Sequence record: DRR378314_598
Direction: 5' to 3' (one strand)
Length of the DNA: 37,031 nucleotides
In this document: in pieces, positions 1-10,390 of the stretch
Layout of the letters: the number at the start of each line of letters is the position of its first letter
Position numbering within the stretch: position 1 is the first letter of the stretch
The notes under the pieces: generated by a model
What the model was told of the DNA's origin: nothing
The model's input: the letters and a program-made list of their open reading frames with translations, nothing else
The model's database searches: none
Translations under genes and position numbers: made by a program

Positions 1-479
<479 letters not shown>

Positions 480-550
480 CTAACTGACTATAGCTCCTGA
501 ATTGGCTGCGCATTCTATCATTTTAGCGCGCACGAGGGTAGCTCAGGAAG

Positions 551-1126
551 TTACCAAACTGGTGGTTCTGAACGCCATTCGCCGGGCTGCATTGTTTTTA
601 ACTGAAAAGGACCCACAGCGGCCCGTATCAGGCGAAGGGTAGGTAACCCAACATGCGCTGTCATACGGCGAACCTGGCGGTTTTTGCCTTCGCGAATTTT
701 AAGGCAAAGCCAGCTGTCAGGAACGCTTTTGCGCTCACGAACGGGAGGGTTTCGTGGCCATAAATTCATTGGTTCAGGCATAACGAAGGCTTCAGCTGGG
801 CGGGTCATTCCGTCGTTTAACTCGACACCGTTCCTTAATTGCTCTAACTGCTCTTCGCTTGGGTCACCTTCTACCTGCACCCAATAGGTTTTCCAGACTT
901 TGTACTTAGGGTTAGCAAGGCGAGCCTGATAAACGCCGTCATTGGTTAGCAACAACAACCCTTCGCTGTCTTTATCAAGACGTCCGGCGGGGTAAACGTC
1001 GTTATGGGGAATGAACGGCTTTAAAGTCTGGTCGCCTTCTTCTCCGGTAAACTGAGATAAAACGCCGTAAGGCTTGTTCAGTAAAACCAACTTGGGGTTT
1101 GCCGGTCGTTTTGTCTGCGATTTCAT
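551..1126 (-). CDS. rluE: 23S rRNA pseudouridine synthase, RsuA family (RluE-like)
   Basis: [39 protein letters not shown] motifs; no S4 domain; adjacent to mnmA as in other gammaproteobacteria. Confidence 0.9.
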   Translation of the reverse strand: MKSQTKRPANPKLVLLNKPYGVLSQFTGEEGDQTLKPFIPHNDVYPAGRLDKDSEGLLLLTNDGVYQARLANPKYKVWKTYWVQVEGDPSEEQLEQLRNGVELNDGMTRPAEAFVMPEPMNLWPRNPPVRERKSVPDSWLCLKIREGKNRQVRRMTAHVGLPTLRLIRAAVGPFQLKTMQPGEWRSEPPVW

Positions 1127-1232
1127 GACTGCCTCAGATTGTTCTGTCGATTTAAATTGGATCGTACCAGAGGATACTCTAGTATATCGGGCGCTAGTTT
1201 ATCTTACTGATCAAAAAAGTGTGGGAATTTCT

Positions 1233-1988
1233 GTGGATGATAACAAAGTAATAATTGGTGGTTCATTAGTTGAATCGCTTAAAGGAAACTATCAGCTGTC
1301 GTTGCGGCAAATTTTTGAGCAGGCATTTAACATTACCAAATCAAATTTGACCCCGCTAATTGGTGGTTTTTTGGTTTTATTGGCTACTGCATTTCTGATG
1401 GTACAGGCTCTGATGAATGTCTTCTCAGTTGAAGATATTATGGGGTCAATAAAAATTCAATATATCTCCAATATCCTTGGCTCCGTTTTAATAGCTCCAT
1501 TGTTGGGCGGACTGATATTAATGGGTATAAAGCATAGTGTCGGCATTAAAACCAAAGTGGGAGATGTCTTTAATGGTTTTAATGTAATGATGCCCTTAAT
1601 TGCTGTAGCGCTTGTAAGTACAACTTTAAAACTAGTAGCGGGTCAATTACTTGGTTTGATTCACCCGAATTTTATGATAATTGCTCAGCTTTATGTTACC
1701 GCTATTTTAGTCTTAGCAATGCCGCTGGTGATCGAGCGAGGAGTTGGCCCGTTAAACGCCTTATACTATTCAATAAAAATTATTCATTTCAAGCTGCCTA
1801 AATTTATTTTGTTATTTTTGGTTATGTTCGGTTTACTGCTGTTGGCTTTTATTCCTCTTGGATTAGGTCTTATTTGGGTGTTACCGATGATTTGTAACCT
1901 TATTGGAGTGGTCTATAGAGAAGTCATTGGCGTAACAGTTATTGAGAAACCCAAAAAAGACAGTTCGTCTGAGAATATTTCGGCTTGA
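1233..1988 (+). CDS. Conserved multi-pass inner membrane protein
   Basis: About 5-6 hydrophobic segments. Start moved to the in-frame GTG at 1233 (GGGA upstream) because the ORF-track start overlaps rluE. Confidence 0.75.
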   Translation: MDDNKVIIGGSLVESLKGNYQLSLRQIFEQAFNITKSNLTPLIGGFLVLLATAFLMVQALMNVFSVEDIMGSIKIQYISNILGSVLIAPLLGGLILMGIKHSVGIKTKVGDVFNGFNVMMPLIAVALVSTTLKLVAGQLLGLIHPNFMIIAQLYVTAILVLAMPLVIERGVGPLNALYYSIKIIHFKLPKFILLFLVMFGLLLLAFIPLGLGLIWVLPMICNLIGVVYREVIGVTVIEKPKKDSSSENISA

Positions 1989-1995
1989 GGACTAC

Positions 1996-2841
1996 ATGCG
2001 ATTATTAACCATATTACTATTTATTGTATTGAGCGTAGCGGCATTACTTTTACCCTGGCTTATTAAAGATACCGAGGTAGAAACACCTGAACAGTCAGTC
2101 ACGGCTCATTTACCGGCAATTCCTGAAGTGCCGGTTCAAAGAGACTTACCAGATTTTATGTCGATGACCGATGTTACAGAAAAGAAAGAAGAATTCTTTC
2201 GCTTTTTACTGCCTTTGGTGGAGGCCGAAAATATACGAATATTGCATGACAGAGCATACCTCAAGGCAATTCACGAACGATTTAAAAGCAATGAACTGAC
2301 CGAAGCGGATAAAAAACGAATAGCAGATTGGATAGAGTATTATCGACTGGAAGACGATATTGCGATTGATGAAAATTTATTTGGTTTGTTGAAGCGCCGT
2401 ATTGATATTATTCCAGAAATGATGGTGCTGGTTCAGGCTGCAAATGAGTCAGGCTGGGGAACTTCCAGATTCTCACGTCAAGGTCTGAACTTATTTGGCC
2501 AGTGGTGTTACTCCAAAGGTTGCGGCTTAGTTCCTAACCAAAGAGATGACGATGGGCGCCATGAAGTTGCGCAGTTTGATTCTGTTAACGCTTCCGTAAA
2601 AAGCTATATGCGCAATATTAATACTCATGGCGCTTATCTCGATTTACGTTTGCTGCGAGAGCAAAAACGCCTGGATAACGAGGACATACTGGCAAGAGAT
2701 TTAATTACCGGCTTATCAAGCTACTCTGAACGAGGAGAAGAGTATATTGATGAATTACGCGCGATGATTCGTATCAATCGACCCATTGTGAAACGAGTCA
2801 GCGAGGAATTGAATACGCCGGAAGTTCCGCAGCCAGAGTAA
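1996..2841 (+). CDS. Bax-like glucosaminidase-domain protein with N-terminal anchor
   Basis: QAANESGWGTSRF...NLFGQWC...SVKSYMRNINTHGAY...YSERGEEY; ATG at 1996 preceded by GAGG. Confidence 0.85.
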   Translation: MRLLTILLFIVLSVAALLLPWLIKDTEVETPEQSVTAHLPAIPEVPVQRDLPDFMSMTDVTEKKEEFFRFLLPLVEAENIRILHDRAYLKAIHERFKSNELTEADKKRIADWIEYYRLEDDIAIDENLFGLLKRRIDIIPEMMVLVQAANESGWGTSRFSRQGLNLFGQWCYSKGCGLVPNQRDDDGRHEVAQFDSVNASVKSYMRNINTHGAYLDLRLLREQKRLDNEDILARDLITGLSSYSERGEEYIDELRAMIRINRPIVKRVSEELNTPEVPQPE

Positions 2842-2873
2842 GGTTTAAGCGAAATTATATTGGCATAAACATA

Positions 2874-2901
2874 AGAGAGGCTCAATTCAGAGCCTCTTTT
2901 T
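2874..2901 (+). terminator. Intrinsic terminator between convergent genes
   Basis: AGAGGCTC-aattca-GAGCCTCT followed by TTTT. Confidence 0.75.
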
Positions 2902-2910
2902 GTATCTGGT

Positions 2911-3813
2911 TTAGGCCAAATGTTTGATGGGAATATTGCTGGCAAAAACAGGACTATCTTCAGTTTCAAAGTTTGTAGTAAAGCTGTCAGTATCAAAAGC
3001 TTTATCGCCATTTTCATCAGCAACGCCGTCTGCGGTAACGGCTTTAAAATCAAACAGGGCACTGTCGGCCAAATGTGAGGGTACAACGTTTTGCATTGCC
3101 GTAAATAAGCTTTCAATTCTGCCCGGAAATTGTTTGTCCCACCCGTTAAGCATTTGCTTTATTTGTTTTCTTTGCAGGTTTTCCTGAGAGCCGCATAAGT
3201 TACAAGGGATAATAGGAAACTCCATTGCAGCTGAGTATTGTTCTATATCCTTTTCACGGGCATAAGCCAAAGGGCGAATAACTACATGCTCACCATTGTC
3301 ACTGGCCAATTTTGGCGGCATAGACTTTAACTTGCCACCGTGAAACATATTCAGAAAAAGGGTTTCAATCATGTCATCGCGATGATGGCCCAGAGCTATT
3401 TTAGTCGCTTTTAACTCTTTCGCTGTGCGATACAAAATGCCGCGTCTAAGGCGTGAACATAGAGAACAGGTTGTTTTTCCTTCGGGAATTTTATCTTTTA
3501 CGATGCTGTAGGTGTCTTCTTCAACAATTCTGTAGTCAACACCAAGCTTTTCCAGATAGGCCGGAAGCACATGCTCCGGAAACCCGGGTTGCTTTTGATC
3601 CAGGTTGACCGCAACCAGAGAAAAGCGAACAGGAGCAACTTTTTGCAGATAGAGAAGGGTGTCCAGCAAAGTGTAACTGTCTTTGCCGCCTGACAGACAC
3701 ACCATAATATGATCGCCGTCTTCAATCATGCCGAAATCTTGTATGGCTTTTCCCGCATCGCGACGAATACGTTTCTGTAGCTTGTTGAAACTGTATTTAT
3801 TTTCACTGGCCAT
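2911..3813 (-). CDS. ttcA: tRNA 2-thiocytidine(32) synthetase TtcA
   Basis: SGGKDS PP-loop, CSLC and CNLC motifs, GHHRDD; likely start MASENKY at 3813 (GGAG upstream). Confidence 0.96.
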   Translation of the reverse strand: MASENKYSFNKLQKRIRRDAGKAIQDFGMIEDGDHIMVCLSGGKDSYTLLDTLLYLQKVAPVRFSLVAVNLDQKQPGFPEHVLPAYLEKLGVDYRIVEEDTYSIVKDKIPEGKTTCSLCSRLRRGILYRTAKELKATKIALGHHRDDMIETLFLNMFHGGKLKSMPPKLASDNGEHVVIRPLAYAREKDIEQYSAAMEFPIIPCNLCGSQENLQRKQIKQMLNGWDKQFPGRIESLFTAMQNVVPSHLADSALFDFKAVTADGVADENGDKAFDTDSFTTNFETEDSPVFASNIPIKHLA

Positions 3814-3879
3814 AGTGGCTCCTGCAACCTGTGTCATCTGGAAGTTCTGAGGAGCCGGATTATACCTGAGGCATTAAAC

Positions 3880-4806
3880 TCAAGCGAGGGGACTGACAAA
3901 GTCTTCTGGTTTAATTGCCAGCACGTCACAATTTAACTGGTCCAGTACGTGTTCAGCTGTGTTACCTAATAAGGCGGCGCTTAACCCCGTGCGGCCAATG
4001 GTGCCTAATACCACCAATTCCGCATCGAGTTGTTTTGCTGCTTCGGGAATAACCTGTTCCGGCAAACCTTGCGACAAATGCTGGTAGTGGCTGGAAATGC
4101 CGTAATCACGTCCCAGCGCGGCCATACGGTTCACGTGGTGCTGCTCGAGTGCATCGCTGTATTCGCTGACATCAAATTCAGGAATCTCCACCGCTACGTT
4201 AACCGGAGCGCTGGGGTAAGCATTGACCAGGTGCACACTTGCATTCAGCACTTTGCTCATTGACTGCGCGTGTTCAATAATACGTTTATTTAACTGTTGG
4301 TGATGTTCTTCTTCAGAACCGGTATGAACGGCAGCAATGATCTGCCCGTGGCTTGGCCACTCATGTTCTTTAACCAGCAAAACCGGGCAGGGGGCTTTTC
4401 GTAACAAGTGCCAGTCAGTTGGTGTGAAAATTAAATTCTGGAAGCTGGCACTGACCTGAGTACCTTTTATTATAAGGTCGTGCTTGTGTTTTATTGCTTC
4501 TTTAATAATGGCTTCAAAAGGTCGGTTATGCCAGACCACATCAATATCAATGCGAACCGAATCGGTATCAAATTCGCTCAATACGTCGGTTAACCAGGCT
4601 CTTCTGTCCGCTATAAGATTTGAACGCATAACGTCGCGTTCCTCACTGGATAGCATGGTTGTCATTTCGTAAGAAAAGTCATAAATAGACAAAAACAGCG
4701 TTAATCTGGCATCGCTCAATCTAGCCATATGTAAAGCGCGTTTTAATGCTTTGTGCTGCTCATCTGCAGCGTCTATAACAACTAAAATATGACGGAATGC
4801 GTCCAT
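3880..4806 (-). CDS. uspE: Universal stress protein E (tandem Usp domains)
   Basis: IFTPTDWHLLRKAPCPVLLVK and GTIGRTGLSAALLGNTAEHV. Confidence 0.95.
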   Translation of the reverse strand: MDAFRHILVVIDAADEQHKALKRALHMARLSDARLTLFLSIYDFSYEMTTMLSSEERDVMRSNLIADRRAWLTDVLSEFDTDSVRIDIDVVWHNRPFEAIIKEAIKHKHDLIIKGTQVSASFQNLIFTPTDWHLLRKAPCPVLLVKEHEWPSHGQIIAAVHTGSEEEHHQQLNKRIIEHAQSMSKVLNASVHLVNAYPSAPVNVAVEIPEFDVSEYSDALEQHHVNRMAALGRDYGISSHYQHLSQGLPEQVIPEAAKQLDAELVVLGTIGRTGLSAALLGNTAEHVLDQLNCDVLAIKPEDFVSPLA

Positions 4807-4874
4807 ACTGACCTCGTAGTTAATCTATGTTCATTGTTAAGATTAGACGAAAGCAGAACGCTTTGCAGGCTTTA

Positions 4875-5543
4875 TTAGAAAAAAGGTTTGATTAAGGTCA
4901 ACATGCTCCATAAAGCATAGATTATGAGCAAAACACCCATAGCTGTACGCACGCCCTGGGCGCGTAAAAAGCGGTGCAAAAATTGACTGAAATGTCCGGC
5001 GGCTATCATTGCTGGCAAGGTTCCCAGACCAAAAGCAGCCATGGTTAGCGCTCCACCGCTAGCTGAGCCACTTAAAGCTGCCCAGCTGAGGGCACTATAG
5101 ACCATGCCGCAGGGTAACCAGCCCCATAAAGCCCCGGCAAAGAAGGTGGCAAAAATACCAGGCTTGTTTCTGAGTTTTGCGGCCAGAGGCTGTATTTTCT
5201 GCCAAATTGGACGTGCTGACTTTTCCAGATACACCAATCCTGAAAACCATCCGGTAAAATACAGTCCGAGCAAGAGGAGAAAAGCAACAGCTAACCAGCG
5301 AAGAATGATTGTTGTATAACCACCTTCCGGAGCAAACAAGCCAATAGCTCCCCCGACCAAAGCTCCAATAAGCATGTAAGAACAAACCCGGCCTAAGTTA
5401 TACAGCCAGACATGGTAGGGGCGGGTATTAATGCCCATGGCACTGGCAATGCCCCCGCACATCATTAAGCAATGCCCGGCACCGGCCAGCCCCATCAGCA
5501 AGGCTGTAACTAAATCAGCGCTTGGATTTATCGGATTCATCAT
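4875..5543 (-). CDS. DsbD_2 / sulfite exporter TauE-SafE-like membrane protein of the cco maturation cluster
   Basis: HCLMMCGG, YNLGR, GWLPCGMVY, FGLGTLP motifs; directly after ccoS. Confidence 0.88.
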   Translation of the reverse strand: MMNPINPSADLVTALLMGLAGAGHCLMMCGGIASAMGINTRPYHVWLYNLGRVCSYMLIGALVGGAIGLFAPEGGYTTIILRWLAVAFLLLLGLYFTGWFSGLVYLEKSARPIWQKIQPLAAKLRNKPGIFATFFAGALWGWLPCGMVYSALSWAALSGSASGGALTMAAFGLGTLPAMIAAGHFSQFLHRFLRAQGVRTAMGVLLIIYALWSMLTLIKPFF

Positions 5544-5700
5544 CAGCGTTATTGGTGTTATCTTCGTCGTCCATCAGAATATTGAGTCCCTGACGTTCAA
5601 TGTCCTCAAACTGGTCGGAACGTACCGCCCAGAAAAAGACCGCAACAGCGATAATAACGAAAATTATAGCGATGGGAATTAATGCGTAAATTACACTCAT
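5515..5700 (-). CDS. ccoS: cbb3 oxidase assembly protein CcoS
   Basis: Single TM then FWAVRSDQFEDIE; overlaps ccoI stop. Confidence 0.93.
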   Translation of the reverse strand: MSVIYALIPIAIIFVIIAVAVFFWAVRSDQFEDIERQGLNILMDDEDNTNNADDESDKSKR

Positions 5701-8075
5701 TTTCGATACAACCTTAGAGAGTTTCCTATTACCAGAAGAGAACTAAGCGACATACCAAGTGCTGCTGCCCAGGGAGCAATCATACCGATAGCAGCTACAG
5801 GTAATACAGAAACATTATACACCAATGCCCAAATGAAATTCTGTTTCATAATCTGGCGTGTTTTGAGAGCGCTTTCTATTACCACTTTAATTTGATTCAG
5901 GGATTCAGACATCAACACAACATCGGCTGCCGTTTGCGCTAAATCAGATGCTTGAGAAAACGTCATTGAAAGGTCGGCTTTTGCCAGAACCGGGCTGTCA
6001 TTAATGCCGTCGCCAACCATCCAGACCGTATGCCCAGCTTCTTGTTGAGCTGTGACAAAAGCAAGCTTTTCTGCTGGTTTCAAGGCACTGTGATATTCAG
6101 GGATACCCAGTTCATGAGCCAGAGACTGAACTCTTGATTCGCTATCTCCGCTTAGAATAATGGGTTGATAACCGTTGTTTTTTAACCAGTTAATGGTTTC
6201 AGCGGCATCTTCTCTTATTTGATCTTCCACTCTGAACTCGGCCAGGATGCGTTCTTTACTGGCAATGACGACCTGGTGCTTGTTAGTCGCTTTAAACTCC
6301 GGATGCCATTGCTGGATGTAAGTTTCACTACCTGCGCGATATGATTGACCCTTGAATTCTCCTTGCAGGCCAAAACCCATCTCGTTAGTGACATCCTGAA
6401 ATGACGCCGGGGTGTCCGACAGCTGGCTTAAAGGAACCGAAAGAGGGTGTTCGGAAAAAAGCTCCAGTCCGCTAATCAGTTCATCAACGGTGTTAGAGTC
6501 TATGTAGTCATTTCGCTCAACCAGCCGAAACTTTCCCTCCGTTAGGGTACCGGTTTTATCCAGACACACTTTATTCAGTTGTTTAACGGACTCAAGGACA
6601 TCCGAGCCTTTTAATAAAATACCATCTCTGTTTAGTCGATGAATGATGCCAGTTAATGCTGTCGGTGCCGCGAGAGACAAAGCGCAAGGGCAGGTGGCAA
6701 CTAAAACAGCCAAAGTAACCCACAGGGCGTGATCTGGCTGGATCCACCACCAGCTAAAATAGGTAATAACTGCAACGGTTAAAATTGCAGCAATGAAATA
6801 GCCCGCTAGTTTATCGATAACTTGCTGTGCCTTGGGTTTAACCGCTAAAGCAGAATCCTGCATTGCGATAATGCCGGCCAAAACTGTTTGCTGAGCAGTT
6901 GCTGTTACTTTTATCCGTATTGGAGAGTGTTGATTAATACTGCCGGCAATAACCGCGTCTCCAAGTTTTTTTGATCTGGGCAGGCTTTCTCCGGTCAACA
7001 AGCTTTCATCAACCTGAGCTTGTTTATTCAGTAATTCACCGTCTGCAGGAATAGTCTCACCAGCTTTCACACGAATAATGTCACCGGTTTCCAGCAATTT
7101 AATAGCAACGGATTCATAGCCCTCGGGAGTTTCACGGTTAGCCAGCTTAGGCAGTAAGGTCAGACGGTTAGTGGCAAATTTCAATGCTCGTTCTTTTGCC
7201 AGTAACTCCAAAAAACGGCCCGTCAACAAGAAAAAAGTAAACATGGATATGGATTCGAAATAAACCTCCCCCGTATTGGTTATTGTCGCGTACACACTGG
7301 CACTGTAGGCGCCTAATAAGGCGATACTGACGGGAGTGTCCATGTTCAAACGCGATGCCTGTAAAGCTCTTAAGGCACCGGCGTAAAAAGGTTGTGCGCT
7401 GTAAAGAATAACAGGGGTCGCGAAAACCAGACTGACGCTCCAGAGAAAGCGTTGTAAGTCAGGTGATAAGTCGCTGACAGCGCCGAAATACAGCCCAAAG
7501 GCAATCATCATAACCTGCATAGTAGCAATGCCCGCTACGCCTAATCGACGGATATAACTCTTTCGCTGCCTTGCATATTGTTGCTCGGCTTCATTGGGCT
7601 GGAATGGCAGAGCCTTGTATCCAATATTGGCTAAAACTCTTAAAATATCGCTTAGTTTTAATTGAGCAGGAGACCAGCTAACCTGAACCCGGCGGCTGGT
7701 AACATTAACCACCGCTTTTTGTATACCTTTAAGGCGCAATAGCTCACGTTCAATTAGCCAGCCACAGGCGCCACAGGTAATGTTCTCTACGGTGAGAGTT
7801 GCCAGCTCGGTGTCGGCTCCCTCATGCCTTACAAACTCTTTTTGTAAGGCAGGGTTGTCGTAGAGATTTAAATCATTTAATTCTTCAGGAAGAACGGGAG
7901 AGTCCTGTAATTGAGATGTGTCTCTGTGTTCGTAATAAGCGTGCAGGTTGTGCTGAATGATGGTTTGTGCCACAGCTTGACATCCAGCACAACAGACCGG
8001 TTTCTCAGAACCTTTGTACTCAACAGCAAGATTAACCCCTTTGGGAACCGGCTGCAGGCAGTGAAAACATTCCAT
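5697..8075 (-). CDS. ccoI: Copper-translocating P1B ATPase CcoI/FixI
   Basis: CFHC...CCAGC N-terminus, CGAC HMA motif, TGES, CPC, DKTGTLT, GDGIND. Confidence 0.94.
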   Translation of the reverse strand: MECFHCLQPVPKGVNLAVEYKGSEKPVCCAGCQAVAQTIIQHNLHAYYEHRDTSQLQDSPVLPEELNDLNLYDNPALQKEFVRHEGADTELATLTVENITCGACGWLIERELLRLKGIQKAVVNVTSRRVQVSWSPAQLKLSDILRVLANIGYKALPFQPNEAEQQYARQRKSYIRRLGVAGIATMQVMMIAFGLYFGAVSDLSPDLQRFLWSVSLVFATPVILYSAQPFYAGALRALQASRLNMDTPVSIALLGAYSASVYATITNTGEVYFESISMFTFFLLTGRFLELLAKERALKFATNRLTLLPKLANRETPEGYESVAIKLLETGDIIRVKAGETIPADGELLNKQAQVDESLLTGESLPRSKKLGDAVIAGSINQHSPIRIKVTATAQQTVLAGIIAMQDSALAVKPKAQQVIDKLAGYFIAAILTVAVITYFSWWWIQPDHALWVTLAVLVATCPCALSLAAPTALTGIIHRLNRDGILLKGSDVLESVKQLNKVCLDKTGTLTEGKFRLVERNDYIDSNTVDELISGLELFSEHPLSVPLSQLSDTPASFQDVTNEMGFGLQGEFKGQSYRAGSETYIQQWHPEFKATNKHQVVIASKERILAEFRVEDQIREDAAETINWLKNNGYQPIILSGDSESRVQSLAHELGIPEYHSALKPAEKLAFVTAQQEAGHTVWMVGDGINDSPVLAKADLSMTFSQASDLAQTAADVVLMSESLNQIKVVIESALKTRQIMKQNFIWALVYNVSVLPVAAIGMIAPWAAALGMSLSSLLVIGNSLRLYRK

Positions 8076-8079
8076 TCAA

Positions 8080-8577
8080 TCAAACTCCGTATAATAACGG
8101 ACGAAGTTTAGTCAACTCGGATTTTGGTAGTTGATATTTTTCGCTTACTTTCCAGACTTCATTAAAAGGCTCAACGGTTATGGTCCACTTGCCCTCTATC
8201 TCTTCAGGAATATCTGCTCGATAGGTACCATCTGAAGCAACCGTCAACATGCGGGTAAAGTCTTTTTCATCTTGTGTAGCGTGAATAAAAAACACTCGTA
8301 GAGCAGACAGTTCTTCCGGCTGGCCAGAAGCATATTTAAGAGTAAACAGGCCTTTATCAGCAGTAAACTCAAAAGAGATATTACGGCGTTGTGCTTCTTC
8401 AACATGCTCGATAATTGCGTTGATGGTTTTGCCGCGTTTGTAGTAGTCATCAACCACCATGGAAACGCCGCCCTGAGATACTGACAGATAAATAATAACG
8501 CCACAGACGATCATGACAGTAACGGGGAGGGAAATAAGAAACCATGGCCAGAACTGCTTATACCAGGGTTGAATCAT
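8080..8577 (-). CDS. ccoH: FixH/CcoH family protein
   Basis: PWYKQFWPWFLI...VVDDYYKRGKTIN; located between ccoP and ccoI. Confidence 0.9.
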   Translation of the reverse strand: MIQPWYKQFWPWFLISLPVTVMIVCGVIIYLSVSQGGVSMVVDDYYKRGKTINAIIEHVEEAQRRNISFEFTADKGLFTLKYASGQPEELSALRVFFIHATQDEKDFTRMLTVASDGTYRADIPEEIEGKWTITVEPFNEVWKVSEKYQLPKSELTKLRPLLYGV

Positions 8578-8592
8578 AATGAGACCTCATAC

Positions 8593-8616
8593 AAAAAGCC
8601 CCGCCGTAGCGGGGCT
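8593..8616 (-). terminator. Intrinsic terminator after ccoNOQP
   Basis: Minus strand AGCCCCGC-tacg-GCGGGGCT-TTTT, just upstream of the ccoH RBS. Confidence 0.85.
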
Positions 8617-8630
8617 GTGTTTACTAGGTT

Positions 8631-9584
8631 TTATTCGTCGTTAGATAAGCTGTAGACATAAGCTGAAATAACGTGAATTTTATCTTCACCCAGAATGTTT
8701 TTCCACTTGGGCATAACACCGTTACGACCATGCTTCAGAGTTTCTTCAATTTTATTAATTGAACCACCGTAAAGCCAGACATCGTCAGTTAAGTTTGGCG
8801 CGCCAAGCTGCTGGTTACCTTTACCATCCGCTCCGTGACACGCACTACAAACTGCGAAGTTTGCTTTGCCGGCTTCGACTAAATCGGCATCACGTTCACG
8901 ACCACTTAAGCTGGCGACATAGTTTGCTAGTTCATTAATTTCTTTATCGCTGAACTGCTCACCAAATGCCGGCATATTGCCCTGGCGTCCTTCACGCAAG
9001 GTGGTTTTTATATTGCTTGGTTCACCACCATATAGCCAGTCGTCGTCAGTCAGGTTAGGGAAACCTTGACCACCCATAGCGTTTGAGCCATGACACTGCG
9101 CACAGTTTTGCAGGAACAAACGTTGACCAACATCTAGCGCATCTTCATTTTTAGCCAGCTCTTCAATTGGCTGCTCTGCAAATGCCGCAAAAATAGGGCC
9201 ATACTTTTCTTCCGCCGCACGGACGGCACGGTCATACTCAACAATCATCCCTTTTTCATGGGCTTCTTCCATTGCCTGGCGAGACTCTTCTAAGGATTGA
9301 ACATCCTGGTTTGAGCTTTTCCAGTCTAGCAAGCCGTTGAAGTTCCCAAGCCCGGGGTATAGAGCCAGATATATAAAGCCCCATACAAAGCAGGCCCAGA
9401 ACAAATAGGTCCACCATTTAGGAAGAGGGTTGTTTAACTCTACAATCCCATCGAATTCGTGGTCCATTTCCTGACCTTCTTCGATGTGAGTGTAATTTTT
9501 CATGTTCCAGCGCAGTAGCCAAATTAATACCACTAAGGTGGCCAGCGTTAAAACAATTATCCATGCACTCCAGAAGCTACTCAT
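8631..9584 (-). CDS. ccoP: cbb3-type cytochrome c oxidase subunit III
   Basis: HEFDGIVELNNPLPKWW; two heme motifs CAQCH and CSACH. Confidence 0.97.
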   Translation of the reverse strand: MSSFWSAWIIVLTLATLVVLIWLLRWNMKNYTHIEEGQEMDHEFDGIVELNNPLPKWWTYLFWACFVWGFIYLALYPGLGNFNGLLDWKSSNQDVQSLEESRQAMEEAHEKGMIVEYDRAVRAAEEKYGPIFAAFAEQPIEELAKNEDALDVGQRLFLQNCAQCHGSNAMGGQGFPNLTDDDWLYGGEPSNIKTTLREGRQGNMPAFGEQFSDKEINELANYVASLSGRERDADLVEAGKANFAVCSACHGADGKGNQQLGAPNLTDDVWLYGGSINKIEETLKHGRNGVMPKWKNILGEDKIHVISAYVYSLSNDE

Positions 9585-9759
9585 CTTTCTTCGACTCCGG
9601 TTTGTCGCTGTTATCTATTGATGATTCGTCCTCAAATATAGAATTAGCCGCATCATCAAATTGTTTTTTTGTACGGCGACTGAACGCCCAGGCCACGATG
9701 GCAATAAAAATTGCCAGTATGATCAGGCTGAACACGCCGCGCCAAGTTCCGTAATCCAT
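9577..9759 (-). CDS. ccoQ: cbb3-type cytochrome c oxidase subunit IV
   Basis: 60 aa, one TM, WAFSRRTKKQFDDAA; located between ccoO and ccoP. Confidence 0.93.
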   Translation of the reverse strand: MDYGTWRGVFSLIILAIFIAIVAWAFSRRTKKQFDDAANSIFEDESSIDNSDKPESKKDE

Positions 9760-10379
9760 TACTTATCAGCCTGCTGTAGCGTTGTGCCAAGAGATTGTAA
9801 GTAAGCGATAAGCGCCTCCATTTCAGTCTTACCCTGAACGGCTTCTTTTGCACCGGCGATGTCCTTGTCTTCGTAAGGAACGCCCAATGTCCGCATAACT
9901 TCCATCTTCTTAGCTGTGTATTCACCCGTTAGCTTATTTTCTGCAAGCCAAGGGAACGCTGGCATATTAGATTCAGGAACCACATTACGAGGGTTCATTA
10001 AGTGAACGTGATGCCATTCATCGCTGTAACGGTCACCCACACGTGCCAGATCAGGACCTGTACGCTTAGAGCCCCAAAGGTGAGGGAATTCCCAAACGTG
10101 CTCGCCAGCTAATGAATAGTGCCCATAACGCTCCGTTTCTGCACGGAAAGGACGAATCATCTGGCTGTGGCAGTTGTTACAACCTTCGCGCATATAAATG
10201 TCGCGACCTTCAAGCTCTAACGCGGTGTATGGCTGCAAACCTTTTATGGGTTCATTGGTCTGGTTTTGAAACAGTAGGGGAGTAATTTCTACTAACCCAC
10301 CGATAGAAACCGCAATGATCATTAAAATTGACAACCAACCTAAGTTCTTTTCAACAAATTCGTGTTTAAAACGACTCAT
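9759..10379 (-). CDS. ccoO: cbb3-type cytochrome c oxidase subunit II
   Basis: [26 protein letters not shown]. Confidence 0.97.
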   Translation of the reverse strand: MSRFKHEFVEKNLGWLSILMIIAVSIGGLVEITPLLFQNQTNEPIKGLQPYTALELEGRDIYMREGCNNCHSQMIRPFRAETERYGHYSLAGEHVWEFPHLWGSKRTGPDLARVGDRYSDEWHHVHLMNPRNVVPESNMPAFPWLAENKLTGEYTAKKMEVMRTLGVPYEDKDIAGAKEAVQGKTEMEALIAYLQSLGTTLQQADK

Positions 10380-10390
10380 TATTCTCTCCC

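Noticed and set aside
1074-1232. N-terminal extension of the membrane protein ORF given in the track
   Set aside because: Overlaps the divergent rluE start; GTG at 1233 with an SD is more plausible.
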